From: Cladosporium halotolerans
Lineage: Eukaryota
Assembly: GCF_011745625.1 (NCBI RefSeq)
Contig: NW_027191468.1
Coordinates: forward strand, 1-64,000
Direction: 5' to 3'
DNA: 64,000 nt
The position numbers and the translations under genes are program-made. Shown here piece by piece: positions 24,744-37,247 of the stretch; position 1 is the first letter of the stretch, and each line of letters opens with the position of its first letter. The notes under the pieces are model-generated. The model saw only the letters and a list, made by a program, of their open reading frames with translations. It did no database searches and was not told where the DNA came from.

Positions 24744-26348
24744 GTTCGCCTTGCGATATGTTCCCGACTCTTCACCGCCAATGTCGTGTACTCTTTCTTG
24801 TGTGCTACTCCAATGCAAAAATTCCGGCGCTCGTGATGCTAGAAACCAAGACAAACCATGACTCCGTGAGACTGTCGCGTAAACAAGACCTTCGGATTAC
24901 CCTGCGACCAGGCTGCAAATGTGAGTGTTTAGGCGAAAAATCACTCAGCGACCCAGACCGGCCGCGTGCCCGCGCCTCGTGCCAGCGACCCTCCGAGGCC
25001 TAACATTAGCCCTCTAGCGGCTTTGTGGAGGGTGCGGGCCGACGATAGAGTTGGTCATCAACGTCATCCATCCGTCTTTCATTGGTTGCGCTCAGCCCTG
25101 TCATCACTTGGCAAGCAAGGTACCTGACAGGTCATCCCATGCACCGTTGAAGAGCCAAACAATTGGCTCGAATCGACCGAAAAACAATGTGAGCGGTATA
25201 CGGGTGGTTTTATTCCTCCGATCCCCTCGCGAGCCATGAACATTCAAGGCATTAAACCTAAGAACTCTACATCAGGTATTGGATCAGTTGCAGCGGGCGA
25301 CAGCATCCGAAGAACGCCCCAAGCTTGTTTGGCAGAGAGAATGGGATGAATTTCATTTCGTTGCTTCTACGAGGCCGAACTAGATCAGGCGTCCAGTCGC
25401 CTATACCACAAACTCTAAACACTCTTCAGCCTCCAGGTCTTGTTAGTTCATCAGCACCAAGGTCATTTACCGAGGCTGGATCACGGCCTTGAGGAACGTG
25501 GTTCTTTCGCGGAGATCCTAGCTCTTGGGGTCAACAGAAGTACGCGTTATGATCTTAACTTCCCAAGAATTAGGAACTCAAAAGAGCGTTGATCAAGTCT
25601 CTGAGTGGTTCTTCCTGCCGTTCTAGCCCTGCAAAGGGCCCAAGAATGCTGCAACCCTTCAGACATGTGATTCTAGGAACCATGTCCGCCAGATTAGACC
25701 AACATCAATATCGTACCATAAAACACTTCGAAGCCAGTTTGCCTTCACCTACTGGCAGGCAATAAGCACCTCCATCGTGAAGCCAAGTTGGCCGCTGGAG
25801 GGCACGGCGGCTCCGCGGTGCAGTTTGGGGAGGGGAGGGAGGTGGCGGAAGGGGTGTCTGATGGTTGCGCCAGGGGCCGTGGGTTATGCGGCAGCTGTAA
25901 GGGAGGAGGATGCCGGGGGTTTGGGTGTCGTTGGAGCTCATGGTGGTGGGAGAGGGCTAGATTTGGTGATGTCCGGGGGAAAGCTTAGCCGCGTAGGCGC
26001 TGGTTTTGATCTTACAATGTGAGATGTACATGTTATTAGCAAGCAATGAAGCGCCACTATTACTGATCAGCTACATTTCTGGCGACGCAGTAAGAGGTTA
26101 ACGCTCACACGGTCCCTAGCCGACGTCGCGTGAACGAGTGCGGAGAGCGAGGTGGCAAGCACCGGCATGTCAGGGTCTCGCTTGTCCGGCCGATGTTTCT
26201 GCCGCGCAGCCGCCAGTCTGCCATGAGCCGAGGCAGCGAGGCTTGTGGATTGCCGAAAGGGCTTGGGGACCGTATACAGAAGACGAGATTCGCCGCTTCT
26301 CTGCGCTCCTCGACCCATCAGCACTCTTCACACAGTACTCTTCCCACA

Positions 26349-27825
26349 ATGGCCACCCAGCGTCTCTCCAACGTCCTCTCCCACATCACCCCGGGCAAGA
26401 GCCCGCTCGACCAGATGTACGTGTGTCCACGGGCGAGCGCCCCGCATCTTTCCCCAGACCCAGACCGTTTGGACTTCACATGAATATCAGACGAAGGAGG
26501 AGGCTGACCGCGAGCTCTCGACAGCACCTCCCAGAACCCCGACGATGTCGTGATCACCCTCGCCACCAGGACGCCGCTATGCAAGGCCACCAAGGGCGGC
26601 CTCAAGGACACGCCGCTCGACGGCATGGTGTTCAAAATCCTCGAGCAGGTCGTCCGCAAGAGCAACCTCGACCCGCAGCTGGTTGAGGACATCTGCCTAG
26701 GCAATGTAAGATCGGTTCCGGCCCGGCATCTATAGGACACCATACTGACCGCGACCCAGGTCTCCGACTCCAAAGCCGCCTACTACATCCGCGCCGCCTG
26801 CCTCGCCGCCGGCTTCCCCACGACGACCGCCGCCAGCAGCGTGAACCGCTTCTGCTCGTCCGGCCTCAAGGCCGTGCAGGACATCGCCGCGCAGATCCAG
26901 ACGGGTGCGATCGAAGTCGGCCTCGCCGTCGGCGCCGAGCACATGTCCACCGGCGGCGACCGGCTCACGCGCCCCTTCGTCGACGAGATCGTCAACGCCA
27001 ACCAGCACGCGGCCGACTGCCTGCAGCCCATGGGCCAGACGTCGGAGAACGTCGGCAAGGACTTCAACATCACGCGCGAGCAGCAGGACCGCTACGCCGC
27101 CGAGTCCTACCGCCGCGCGGAGGCGGCGCAGAAGGCCGGCTGGTTCGAGGACGAGATCACGCCCATCACGGTCAGGGTCAAGGACCCCAAGACGGGCGAG
27201 GAGAAGGACGTGACGCTCACGAAGGACGAGGGCCCCCGCTGGGGCACGACCTTCGAGGGCCTGAACAAGATCCGCCCGGCCTTCCCGGACTTCGGCGACC
27301 GCTCGACGGGCGGCAACAGCAGCCAGGTGACGGACGGCGCGGCCGCGGTGCTGCTGATGAAGCGCAGCAAGGCGCTCGAGCTGGGCCAGCCGATCCTGGC
27401 CAAGTACGTCGGCGCGACGGTCGCGGGCCTGGCGCCGCGCATCATGGGCATCGGGCCTTCGGTCGCGGTGCCGAAGCTGCTGAGCAAGTACGGGCTTGAC
27501 ATCAAGGACATCGACCTCATTGAGCTGAACGAGGCGTTTGCGTCCATGGCGGTCTACTGCAAGGACGTGCTGAAGATCGACCACTCGAAGATGAACGTGC
27601 GCGGCGGCGCTATTGCTTTGGTGAGTTTTGTCGAGGTCCTCTTCATCAACGACAGCAAATACTAATCTTTTTGGACAGGGTCACCCCCTTGGCTGCACCG
27701 GCGCGCGCCAGATCGTCACGGGCCTCAGCGAGTGCAGGCGCCGCAAGGCCAAGATCCTGCTGACGACCATGTGCATTGGCACGGGCATGGGCATGGCGGG
27801 TCTGTTTGTCAACGAGCAGATGTGA
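26349..27825 (+). CDS. POT1: peroxisomal 3-ketoacyl-CoA thiolase with N-terminal PTS2
   Basis: Introns 26417-26524, 26706-26759, 27621-27678. PTS2-like RLSNVLSHI; catalytic [28 protein letters not shown]. Confidence 0.94.
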
Positions 27826-29374
27826 AGAGGCTGATTGTTGAGCGAGGTTTGACTTGGTGGCAAAAGGATTATTTCATTGTATTTAGTGCGCAAAGAGCGC
27901 TTTGTCTGAACATATGGGTTGAGTTCACGTATTGCCTACTCTGTGCTTCCACATTGAAGAAAATGCTCACCCGGTTCGAAAGTCCAAACGTTTGCGGTGA
28001 TCGTGTCTTCGCATCGCAGACAGGAAGACCGTATCGCGAATGAAGGTGGATTACACGTGACCCGGGTTGTTTGGGAGAATGCTGCAGTCTTGCGCGAGCG
28101 AGAAGTGAGATGTGTGGCGGGCCAGGCGAGGCCCAGGCGCACGTGAACGCCCTGCATGCAGCGTACCTTGTGGTGTGCATGCATGGTGCAGGCGTGAGCC
28201 GCGGGCGATGATCGTATGGAGGATCCACGGCTCCGCGGAACACGGTGCGATAGATGCAGTCGACCCAGGTTTGGTAAGGCTGATAAGTTATGTTAGGGGC
28301 ACGTGAGACCTCAGAGGAGCAGGAAGTATGTATGCGATGGACCGTCGGCGAGGAACCAGTAATTCGCACAAGAGAGGCTCTTGCCGGGTTGGAGATCCAT
28401 GGCTTGCAGGAGGCGTGGAATTTCTCCGAGAGACGTGGATGATGCGGCTACGTTGCTGAGATGCAGTGTGTCTAGTAGGCTTTCCCCTCATCGACGCGCA
28501 ACATGGACCGGGGTAGGAGCTGTAGCTATACGAATGCATGTACAATACTGTACCTAGCTCTCCGGCACTCGGCCTGGCCGCCTAGTCTTCACAGAAGTAG
28601 AGCGGCGCAGGAAGCGGAGCCGGAACGGGTACAGCGCCATGCATGGAAGACGGTTGATGGCATGAGGCGGAGCGGGCGTGCGGCGAACTGCTGTTGTTGA
28701 AGGGAGTGCGGATGCTGTGTGAGGGCCTTTGCGCAAGACTTGTTTCCGACTACATTCCGGGATCGCAGGGTTGGATGTATAGCAGACAGTTCGATCAGTA
28801 GTCTTGTGTGAAGACGGCGCCACAGCCAATGGGCGGTCGCAGCAGGGCGCAATAACCGCAGGTGGTGTCGCAACAAGGTTTGGAGCGGTGCGGAGTGGGC
28901 GCACCCCTGTCCGTTGCAGGTGGCAGTCCCCTTTCTTGAGCGAGCCGGGAGCGCCAGAAGCCAGCGCGGCCTCAGGGTTGCCAGCGCGCCAGACACAGCA
29001 CGCCCGGCCAGCTCCCCTAGCCAGGCTCGCCAGTACACCCTCCCATCACCACATCGCCCGCCCACGACCTGCTTTTACGACTTCTCGCCGCTCATTACCG
29101 CCGACCCAGCCCCACGTCGGCCCATTGATTGCCCACGAGCACCAGCAAGACCTGCTGCCGCTGCTGCTGTTGTTGTTTCGCGCCTGCCCGACGCGAATCG
29201 CCCGTCCTGGTAGGCCGCCCCCAAAATCCCCGACGGCCTCCATCGCGACTGTCGTGTGTTGCGCCTGCGCCGCCGTCCGCCCAGCATATCCTGCCTTGCC
29301 CTGACACTGACACCCGCGCAGCTCCTTCCTGAGACCCATCCTCTCTGCCAGCCCACACTTCCACCACCTTCGCA

Positions 29375-31224
29375 ATGGGTAAGCTCGCCTCCCGCCGAAC
29401 CCTCCACCTCCCTCCTCCTCCTCCTTACTTCGCTGTCCCTCCGCCTCGCCTGCACCGCGACAGCGAGCTCTTCTCGAGCCTGCAAGACACCATATACTCC
29501 AAAAAGCCTGTCACTCTGGCAATCACTCCACTGCATCGCCGCCATGGCCGTCTCAAATCACCCGCACAACTCCCCGCCGTCCAGCGACCCGGCCAGCGGC
29601 AGTACTGTTTCTTCCGGGAAGCACACGCCGCGCGACAGCTTGGACGCTCCCAGCAAGACACACAGCCGCCGAGCTTCGATCGCTAACACGGACAACCACG
29701 CAGCCTCTCCCACTCCGCCTTCGCAGGCCGCCTCGCCTCCTCCCCTTGAAGCCCTGCCCAACGGCAAGCCCACATCTCCCATCAACATCGAGCACAGCAA
29801 CTCCATGCTCAACGGCAGCGCCACCGCGCCCCAGACCGTCTCCTCCAAGGACCCCAAGGCCGCCGCCCAGGCCGCCAGCGACATGAGGAACATTGTGCGT
29901 AGGAAGCTCACTGGCTACGTCGGTTTCGCCAACCTGCCCAACCAATGGCATCGCAAGAGTGTGCGCAAGGGCTTCAACTTCAACGTTATGGTCGTTGGTG
30001 AGTGACATCAAGATTCGGATACTTTGTGGTTTGGATCGTACACTGACACACTTCACTCAGGTGAGTCTGGTCTCGGAAAGTCTACTCTGGTCAACACCCT
30101 CTTCAACACCTCTCTTTACCCGCCCAAGGAGCGCAAGCAGCCCTCCCTCGACTTCGCCCCGAAGACGGTTAGCATCCAGGCCATCAGCGCGGACATTGAG
30201 GAGAACGGCGTGCGCCTGCGTCTGACCGTCGTCGACACACCTGGTTTCGGCGATTTCGTGAACAACGATGACTCCTGGCGTCCCATTACCGAGAACATCG
30301 AGCAGCGTTTCGACGCCTACCTCGATGCCGAGAACAAGGTCAACCGCATGAACATCGTCGACAACCGCGTCCACGCGTGCGTCTACTTCATTCAGCCCAC
30401 TGGTCACTCCCTCAAGCCTCTCGATGTCGAGGTCATGCGCCGCCTGCACACCAAGGTCAACCTGATCCCGGTCATTGCCAAGTCCGACACTCTCACCGAT
30501 GACGAGATTGCCGCCTTCAAGCAGCGCGTGAGTATCTTTCAATCTGTGATTGAGAAGACAAACGTTTCTAACCGCACAACAGATCCTCAGCGACATTCAG
30601 CACCACAACATCCAGATCTTCGAGGGCCCCCGCTACGAGCTCGACGACGAGGAGACCATTGCCGAGAACACCGAGATCATGTCCAAGGTTCCCTTCGCTA
30701 TCGTCGGCGCCAACACCGAGGTCACCACTCCCGAAGGTCGCAAGGTCCGCGGCCGCCGCTACCCCTGGGGCGTCATCGAAGTCGACAACGAGGAGCACTG
30801 CGACTTCGTCAAGCTGCGCCAGATGCTCATCCGCACGCACATGGAGGAGCTCAAGGAGCACACCAACAACTTCCTGTACGAGAACTACCGCTCCGACAAG
30901 CTCACCTCCATGGGCGTCGCGCAGGACCCCAGCGTCTTCAAGGAGGTCAACCCGGCCGTCAAGCAGGAGGAGGAGCGCTCGCTGCACGAGCAGAAGCTGG
31001 CCAAGATGGAGCTCGAGATGAAGATGGTCTTCCAGCAGAAGGTGACGGAGAAGGAGAGCAAGCTGAAGCAGAGCGAGGAGGAGCTCTACGCCCGCCACCG
31101 CGAGATGAAGGAGCAGCTCGACCGCCAGCGCCAGGAGCTCGAGGAGAAGAAGGCCCGTATCGAGAGCGGCAGGCCTGTCGACCCGCCCGCCAAGAAGAAG
31201 GGCGGCTTCTCCCTCCGAGGCTAG
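29375..31224 (+). CDS. CDC3: septin, Cdc3/AspB class
   Basis: Start at the micro-exon ATGG 29375-29378 (intron 29379-29703) or at in-frame ATG 29544; further introns 29998-30060 and 30528-30582. [41 protein letters not shown], coiled-coil tail. Confidence 0.95.
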
Positions 31225-32379
31225 AGCACCAAAAGCAGAGACGACCACACCCAGGAGCGAGAGAAGGGAAGCGTTTGCAGGCGCCCGGGCGCCGTCGGAC
31301 ACAGCGTATGCGACTGCGACTGGACGCCTGCCACCGCTTCTCCGACACCAAACTTTTTTTTTTTGATTGAAAGCCCACACACCAACATATACCACCCATT
31401 CGGAACACTTTTGACTCTTCTGCGACTGTACCGTTAACCGATTACCTTTGTGCGCCCCTTTCCTCCCCCTTTCCGCTTCGAGCTTGGGAAACGGAAAGGG
31501 GAAACGGGGCCACATTTGTTTCCTTTGTCTAGCTGGGCAAATCACCTCTTCATCCTTCGGGGTGCCGAAAGCGAGCGATGCGAGCGAGCGAATTTTGGGA
31601 GGACGGGGGGGAGTCTCATCTTATGATCTTTCTGGGCTTGGTGGAGTGGAGAGGAGGCGAGGATGGATGGATGGGTGGAGAGCAGATGCAGACGCAGAGG
31701 AGAACAAACCCCATAATGTCATTAATCTCTTTTCTTTTCTCTTTTTTGACTTCTGGTTCTGTTCTCTTCTTTTTTTGACGGGTTTGAGATGTCTAGAATG
31801 CTACATTTTTTGTGATTTAATAACCGCTCACTCCGCTTTTCCCTTTGGTTTCCTTCGGATGAGGTGATGAGGTGGTATAACTGAACTCTGAGGATGTGAC
31901 TGAGGTGTGCTGTGCGTGCCAGGCGAGCCGATAGCGTCGCCTCTTCCATCCTTCGTCTCCAAGCTCGAACGAGCATGAGCGAGCGTGCAAGCTTGCACTC
32001 CTGACGCCGAGTGGGAGTGACATTTCGCGGGACAGGATGTCAATTCGGAAGGCGAACCTTGATCAACGGATGCGTTCGTCATGTTCAGATTGCCCTTTCT
32101 TTTCATTATGGGAGACCGACACGATAAATATCCGTCTGTGTATGTACATTTCTGTGTTGCTGTTTCAGCTGTCCATCCCCTCTCATCAAGCTATGTTGCA
32201 CTTCCGTCGAATTCCCGTCCTGGCCCGTTGTTGTTTTCCTGTTCGAACGCCATCACTCGCTGATAAATTATGATGTACCAGGCCCCGTTTTTCCACCGTG
32301 AACACCTTGCCTGAAACCCGAGCAACACAAAATCCCAAAACCACCAAACATCTTCACCCCTCACTCATCAAACCCACAC

Positions 32380-34461
32380 TCACACCGCAATGCGCCCAAA
32401 CGCCTCCCGCAACGCCACCTTGCGCGTCCGATGCATCTCCAGCCCACCCCCATACCGCTCCATCATATCCAGCATGCGCTGCACGTCCTCCTTGGCCTTC
32501 GCGACCAGCGGCGCCAGGCCCTCCCTCTCCTCCTCGCCACCCAACATCATCGTCTCCCCCGGCAGCCCGCTCAGCAGGTGCGCGATCAGCAGGCTCTCCT
32601 CGAAGGCGCGGTGCTGGAAGACCCACCAGACGGCCGCCTCGGTCTCGAAGAACGCCCACAGCTTGAAGAAGGTCCAGATGGCTTCGTGCGCGGCCTCGAG
32701 CGCGCAGCGCACGTTGCGCGACACGCCGCCGGCGGCGTTTTCGGACGCGTGCAGGAGCATTAGGCAGTGGTGGTAGTTGCTGGTTAGGAAGAGGTTCTGG
32801 CGGACTGCGCGCGGGGTGTGCGGCACTTGGTCGTGGAGGGTGAGGTAGTCGAGGGTGGTGAGGTGGGGCGGGAAGGATTTGTAGAGGCGCTTGAAGGCCG
32901 CGACGAGGGAGTCTTTGTGGCGGGGGGAGTTGGCGAGGGGCAAGGAGAGGGAACAGGGGGAGGAGAGGGTCTCCTGGACCAGGTTGCCTAGGTGCCACAT
33001 GCTGCGGATGTAGGCGACGTCGGACTTCGCGATGGCCGGGTCGACCATGTGGTGGGAGAGAGGGGGAGGGGCCGGGAAGGAGTCCTGAGGGGCGATGACG
33101 GAGATGGACATGAGGTTTTCGACGCGCGAGTGCGCGCCGGAGTCGAAGTCGATGCCGTCGTTGGAGAGCTCGTTTTCGTCCGTGAGGGACTCGACGGGGA
33201 CGTCGGAGTGGGTTGCGGTCGGGGGGAGTTTGAGCAGGACGGTGAGGAAGGTGTCGTGGAAGAAGACGGCCTGCCAGAGTTTGCGGCGCTGCTGCTTTTC
33301 GATGACGGAGGCGTCCGGGACGACGATTTCCGGGTCGCGGTGCAGCCGCATCGCGTAGGATTGCCGCAGGTGGATGCCGGCCCAGGCGTAGGCGTCCGAG
33401 GCGTGGTTGTCGTTCATGAGGAAGTAGGCCATCAGGAGCATTGCTTGGATCGCGCGCATGGACGTTCGGTTGAGGTAGGAGTAGATTCGGAGGGCCTGGT
33501 TTGCAGCCGAGCAGTAGAACTCTGCGGTTTGGGATCGTTCTTCGTAGCCGGGATACTGTAGGAATTGAGTTCCGAGGGCGAACATAGCGTAGTGCAAGGC
33601 CATCATCGCCGCGTCTGTCTTGTGCTTCTCTTCCGTTGGCAAGGCCCAGAATCGCTCATAGTCGGCATAGAAGCTGCGTCGATGGATAAATGGATAGACG
33701 GGATCGACGGCCTCGAAGTACTTTGCAATCAAGATGTCTGCCTGCTCCTTCGATGGTATCACACTGATCACTTCTGGCAAACCACCCTGCATCGTCCAAT
33801 AGTTCAGGAAAGGATGCTGGGTCCCCATTCCGAACACATTGCTAGGCGTAGCACTCGAATATGGCACATTGGAAAGGAGAAAAGGCGACGTCGCCGTCGA
33901 CCCGCGAGGCGTCATGTGCGCCCGATTGTCGATCGACGTCCAGCCATTGTCGGTCGTCGTAGGCGAAGTCAGCACCGACGCGTTACTGATCTTCCTCGCC
34001 TTCGCAGGCGGCTTGGTGACATGCCGTGCTTTGCCAGGCCCGTTGCTGCCCTTGGTGGCGCTGGCGCTGGCGATCAGGTTGGCCACCGCCGTGTACTCGC
34101 AACTGCTCTGCCGCTTCACACAGGCGAGACACGGCCGCGCGCGATCGCACTTCGTCTTCCGCTCCACGCACTCAAGGCAGGACAGCGTGGGCTTGTTGCG
34201 CTTCTGCTTGACTTTCACCTGCTCGCCGCCGGCGCCATTGACGTCCGCGTGGCTCGACGAGTTAGAGCGTGCTTGCTTCGCCTCATGAGAACTCACGCCC
34301 ACGCCGCCCGAGACAGAGTTGATACGTCGATACGCCCCCGCCGAGGCCGAGTCTTCCATGCCAACCGCGGCCGGCGCGATGGCAGGCAGGGCACCCGGGA
34401 GGTGGCCATGAATCGCGGCGGCAGGGCTGAAGACGGCGGCAGGATCGCGACCGGCCTGCAT
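32380..34461 (-). CDS. Zn(II)2Cys6 transcription factor with fungal middle homology region
   Basis: CLECVERKTKCDRARPCLACVKRQSSC; MHR motifs YFEAVDPVYPFIH, MRLHRDP, RRKLWQ. Start Met is uncertain (34461 or 34359). Confidence 0.9.
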   Translation of the reverse strand: MQAGRDPAAVFSPAAAIHGHLPGALPAIAPAAVGMEDSASAGAYRRINSVSGGVGVSSHEAKQARSNSSSHADVNGAGGEQVKVKQKRNKPTLSCLECVERKTKCDRARPCLACVKRQSSCEYTAVANLIASASATKGSNGPGKARHVTKPPAKARKISNASVLTSPTTTDNGWTSIDNRAHMTPRGSTATSPFLLSNVPYSSATPSNVFGMGTQHPFLNYWTMQGGLPEVISVIPSKEQADILIAKYFEAVDPVYPFIHRRSFYADYERFWALPTEEKHKTDAAMMALHYAMFALGTQFLQYPGYEERSQTAEFYCSAANQALRIYSYLNRTSMRAIQAMLLMAYFLMNDNHASDAYAWAGIHLRQSYAMRLHRDPEIVVPDASVIEKQQRRKLWQAVFFHDTFLTVLLKLPPTATHSDVPVESLTDENELSNDGIDFDSGAHSRVENLMSISVIAPQDSFPAPPPLSHHMVDPAIAKSDVAYIRSMWHLGNLVQETLSSPCSLSLPLANSPRHKDSLVAAFKRLYKSFPPHLTTLDYLTLHDQVPHTPRAVRQNLFLTSNYHHCLMLLHASENAAGGVSRNVRCALEAAHEAIWTFFKLWAFFETEAAVWWVFQHRAFEESLLIAHLLSGLPGETMMLGGEEEREGLAPLVAKAKEDVQRMLDMMERYGGGLEMHRTRKVALREAFGRIAV

Positions 34462-35144
34462 GGCCGCTCACACACCACGTGCGGTGGGCCAGTCGGGGGT
34501 GGGTACGACGGCCGGGAACAGTGAGAGGCGATGTGGTTGTGTCCAGCTTAAAGCCGCACGCGATGCTGCGGGCGTGCACGCGAAACTGCCGGGTCGGGTC
34601 CCGGGGGATGATGGGCTTGAGAGCTTTGCCGAGAGTGGGACGGGCAGGGCACGCCCGTCAAAGGGAATAATCAGGGGCGTGTCGTGGGAATAAGATCTTG
34701 TGGATCTGCTGTTTCTGTGGATAAGGATATAACGACCGAGGAGGAGGAACTGGGCAGCGCGGGCAGGACATGCACCGTCCAGACCTACTCTGTTTGCGCG
34801 GCCTTGTCTTTCGTTTCCCCGCTTTTGCCATGACGAGGTTGTCGGCTGAGGTCAACGAGCAAGACGTGCGCTTAACTCTAATCATCGCTATGTAAATCTG
34901 GACACAACGACAGATCACCTGATAGCGCGATGTTTGGTTTGCGAATGATGGGGTTCAGAAGAAAGCTGTAGTTCACGGGCGCTCTCGCCTGTGGGGTGAT
35001 GGAATACCAAACTTATACTCACTCCCATCTTAGGTATGCTTACCTCTCAAGCATCCCGAACCAACTCCACGCTATCAACCCACTGATGTCAAGGAATCCG
35101 TTCGTCCGTCCATCTAATCATCAAACACTCAAAAAACTCAATCC

Positions 35145-37247
35145 TCACTTCTTGCCCGCATCTTCTCTCAAGCTCACAATCCGGTTCAGGATGACCTTCT
35201 CCGGCGTGCTTTCCTTGTCTTCCGCAAAGAAAGCAGTCCTCAGGCCTTGGAAACGCACGCTGCTCTTGTCGACAGTGCCGTGAGCCTCGCCTTCCTCTTT
35301 CGGCCAAGGAGCGCCCTGCTGGACGTGGTGGAAGCCGCACTCGACCATTGCGTTGTGGTAGACGACTTCGCTCTCCGGGTTGACGTTGTCGTAGTATCCA
35401 CCGTTCTTCCAGTCGAGCTCGTTGGGCTTCGTGGTCTTGAACAGCGAGTTGAAGATGCGGGCTTCGGCCTTGACAGGGCTCTTGTGTGCCGCGCTCTCGC
35501 CGACCCAGTGGATGCGTGCCTTTCCTGCGGGCACGTGCTCGCCGTACTCAGCCTGGATTTCAGACACCTTGCCTGTGGCCGGGTCCTTGGAGAAGCTGAC
35601 GGCGCGGATCGGGTACTGGGCGTTGAGCAGGCCGACACTCTGGCCAGGCGTGAGACGGAAGAAGTCGGCATCGTCTGCTTCGCGGAAATCGTCCCTGTCA
35701 ATGTAGATGGTCTTTGTGAAAGGGACCTTGTGGGTGCCCTTGGCAGGGTCCTTGGGGTCGAAGGGCACATCGCGCTCCTCGAGGAAATCGTCAGGCAGGT
35801 TCTGGAAAGTGACCTTGATGGGGTCCAGGACAAGCATCAAACGGGGTACGGTTCGCTCTAGGTAGGTGCGCACAACCGAGTCGAGAGTGTGTGTCATGGT
35901 GTTGGCGCCTGCCTTGGTAACGCCCAAGTCGAGCACGAACTTCTTGAGCGCGCCGGGCGGGATACCTCGCCTTCTCAAAGCCACGAGCGTGAAGAGACGA
36001 GGGTCGTCCCAATCACGGACGACGGCCGGGATCTTGCGGCCGCTGCCACTGGGCACTGCTGTGGATGGTACACCAGGCTCAGCATCCCCCTCTTCCTCCA
36101 GCTTAATCGCATCCACATCGTCGGCGAGGTCGCTGGCTGACGGCGCACCGCCGATCGTTGTGCCTTCCACAAGCATGGCAATTCTCCGCTTCGACAGGAT
36201 GGTTCCCTCGACGTTCAGACGACCATACTCACGCTGCATGGGTCCCTTCTCCTCGGACTCCGGCACCTTGTGATCCAGTGCTTCCAGTAGCCAGTTATAG
36301 GCGGGCCTCAGCGTCTCGAATTCTGTGGTGCACAGCGAGTGGGTGATGTCCTCAAAGCTATCGCACAAGCAGTGCGTGAACTCGTAGGTCGGGTAGATCC
36401 TCCACTTCAGGCCGGTCTTGTGGTGGTAGTTGTTGTCCTTCACGCGGTATGCCGCCGCATCCCACAGGGCAGGGTTCTCCGCTCGACTCTTAAGCTTCGC
36501 CTTCTCTTTCTTCTCTTCAGCTGAGTCGCCCTCCTTGACCTCGTACTCCTCCGGCTTGACAGCAAGGAACTGCTTCATCCGCAGCAGCGCTTGGCCCGCC
36601 TTGTACTTTCCGTCCCTCATAGCTCTGAAATCCTCCAAGTTGTCCTCAGCACTCCTGCTCCAATCCTTGCAGACACCCCTGGGGCCATGCTCTTTACCGC
36701 CTCTGCCCTGGTTGATCTCCTCTCCTGAACAGTGACACACATAGGCCTTTCCCCTGTTAATCAACTCCTCCGCGAGTTCATACAGCTGGTCGAACTCGTC
36801 ACTGCTGTGCGTGATCTTATGCGGCGTGAAACCCAACCACGAGACCATCTCCTTGATGCTCTCGAAATACCGCTCCTCCTCCTTCGCAGGGTTCGTGTCG
36901 TCGAAGCGCAGATTACACACACCACCATAACTCTTCGCAAAGCCAAAGTTGACCGTGATCGCTTTGGCATGCCCGATGTGCAGGTATCCGTTGGGCTCGG
37001 GCGGAAAGCGCGTGTGCACGTCTTTGACCGGCTTCTCGTTGTACACGCCCTTGAGCCAGCCCTGCTTGAACGGGTCCGCGGGCTCCTTGGGCGCCGCGGA
37101 CTTCGAGGGCTGCTCCTGACCTTTGGAGGCTTCTTTCTTGGCTCGGGCGGCGGCTTTTTTGGCTTCTTTCTCGAGCGCGCGTTTGGACATCTTGGGCTCG
37201 CCGGCGGGGGCGTCGGGCGCTGGGTCCTGTGGTTTGGGGTCCGCCAT
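35145..37247 (-). CDS. GLN4: glutaminyl-tRNA synthetase
   Basis: 700-aa ORF; TRFPPEPNGYLHIGHAK, LRFDDTNP, IYPTYEFTH, THSLCTTEF, LSKRR, WDDPRL. Confidence 0.95.
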   Translation of the reverse strand: MADPKPQDPAPDAPAGEPKMSKRALEKEAKKAAARAKKEASKGQEQPSKSAAPKEPADPFKQGWLKGVYNEKPVKDVHTRFPPEPNGYLHIGHAKAITVNFGFAKSYGGVCNLRFDDTNPAKEEERYFESIKEMVSWLGFTPHKITHSSDEFDQLYELAEELINRGKAYVCHCSGEEINQGRGGKEHGPRGVCKDWSRSAEDNLEDFRAMRDGKYKAGQALLRMKQFLAVKPEEYEVKEGDSAEEKKEKAKLKSRAENPALWDAAAYRVKDNNYHHKTGLKWRIYPTYEFTHCLCDSFEDITHSLCTTEFETLRPAYNWLLEALDHKVPESEEKGPMQREYGRLNVEGTILSKRRIAMLVEGTTIGGAPSASDLADDVDAIKLEEEGDAEPGVPSTAVPSGSGRKIPAVVRDWDDPRLFTLVALRRRGIPPGALKKFVLDLGVTKAGANTMTHTLDSVVRTYLERTVPRLMLVLDPIKVTFQNLPDDFLEERDVPFDPKDPAKGTHKVPFTKTIYIDRDDFREADDADFFRLTPGQSVGLLNAQYPIRAVSFSKDPATGKVSEIQAEYGEHVPAGKARIHWVGESAAHKSPVKAEARIFNSLFKTTKPNELDWKNGGYYDNVNPESEVVYHNAMVECGFHHVQQGAPWPKEEGEAHGTVDKSSVRFQGLRTAFFAEDKESTPEKVILNRIVSLREDAGKK

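Noticed and set aside
25340..26032. Possible decayed or small minus-strand gene between the SLC26 transporter and the thiolase
   Set aside because: One frame looks vaguely protein-like but has about as many stops as random sequence; no recognisable motif.
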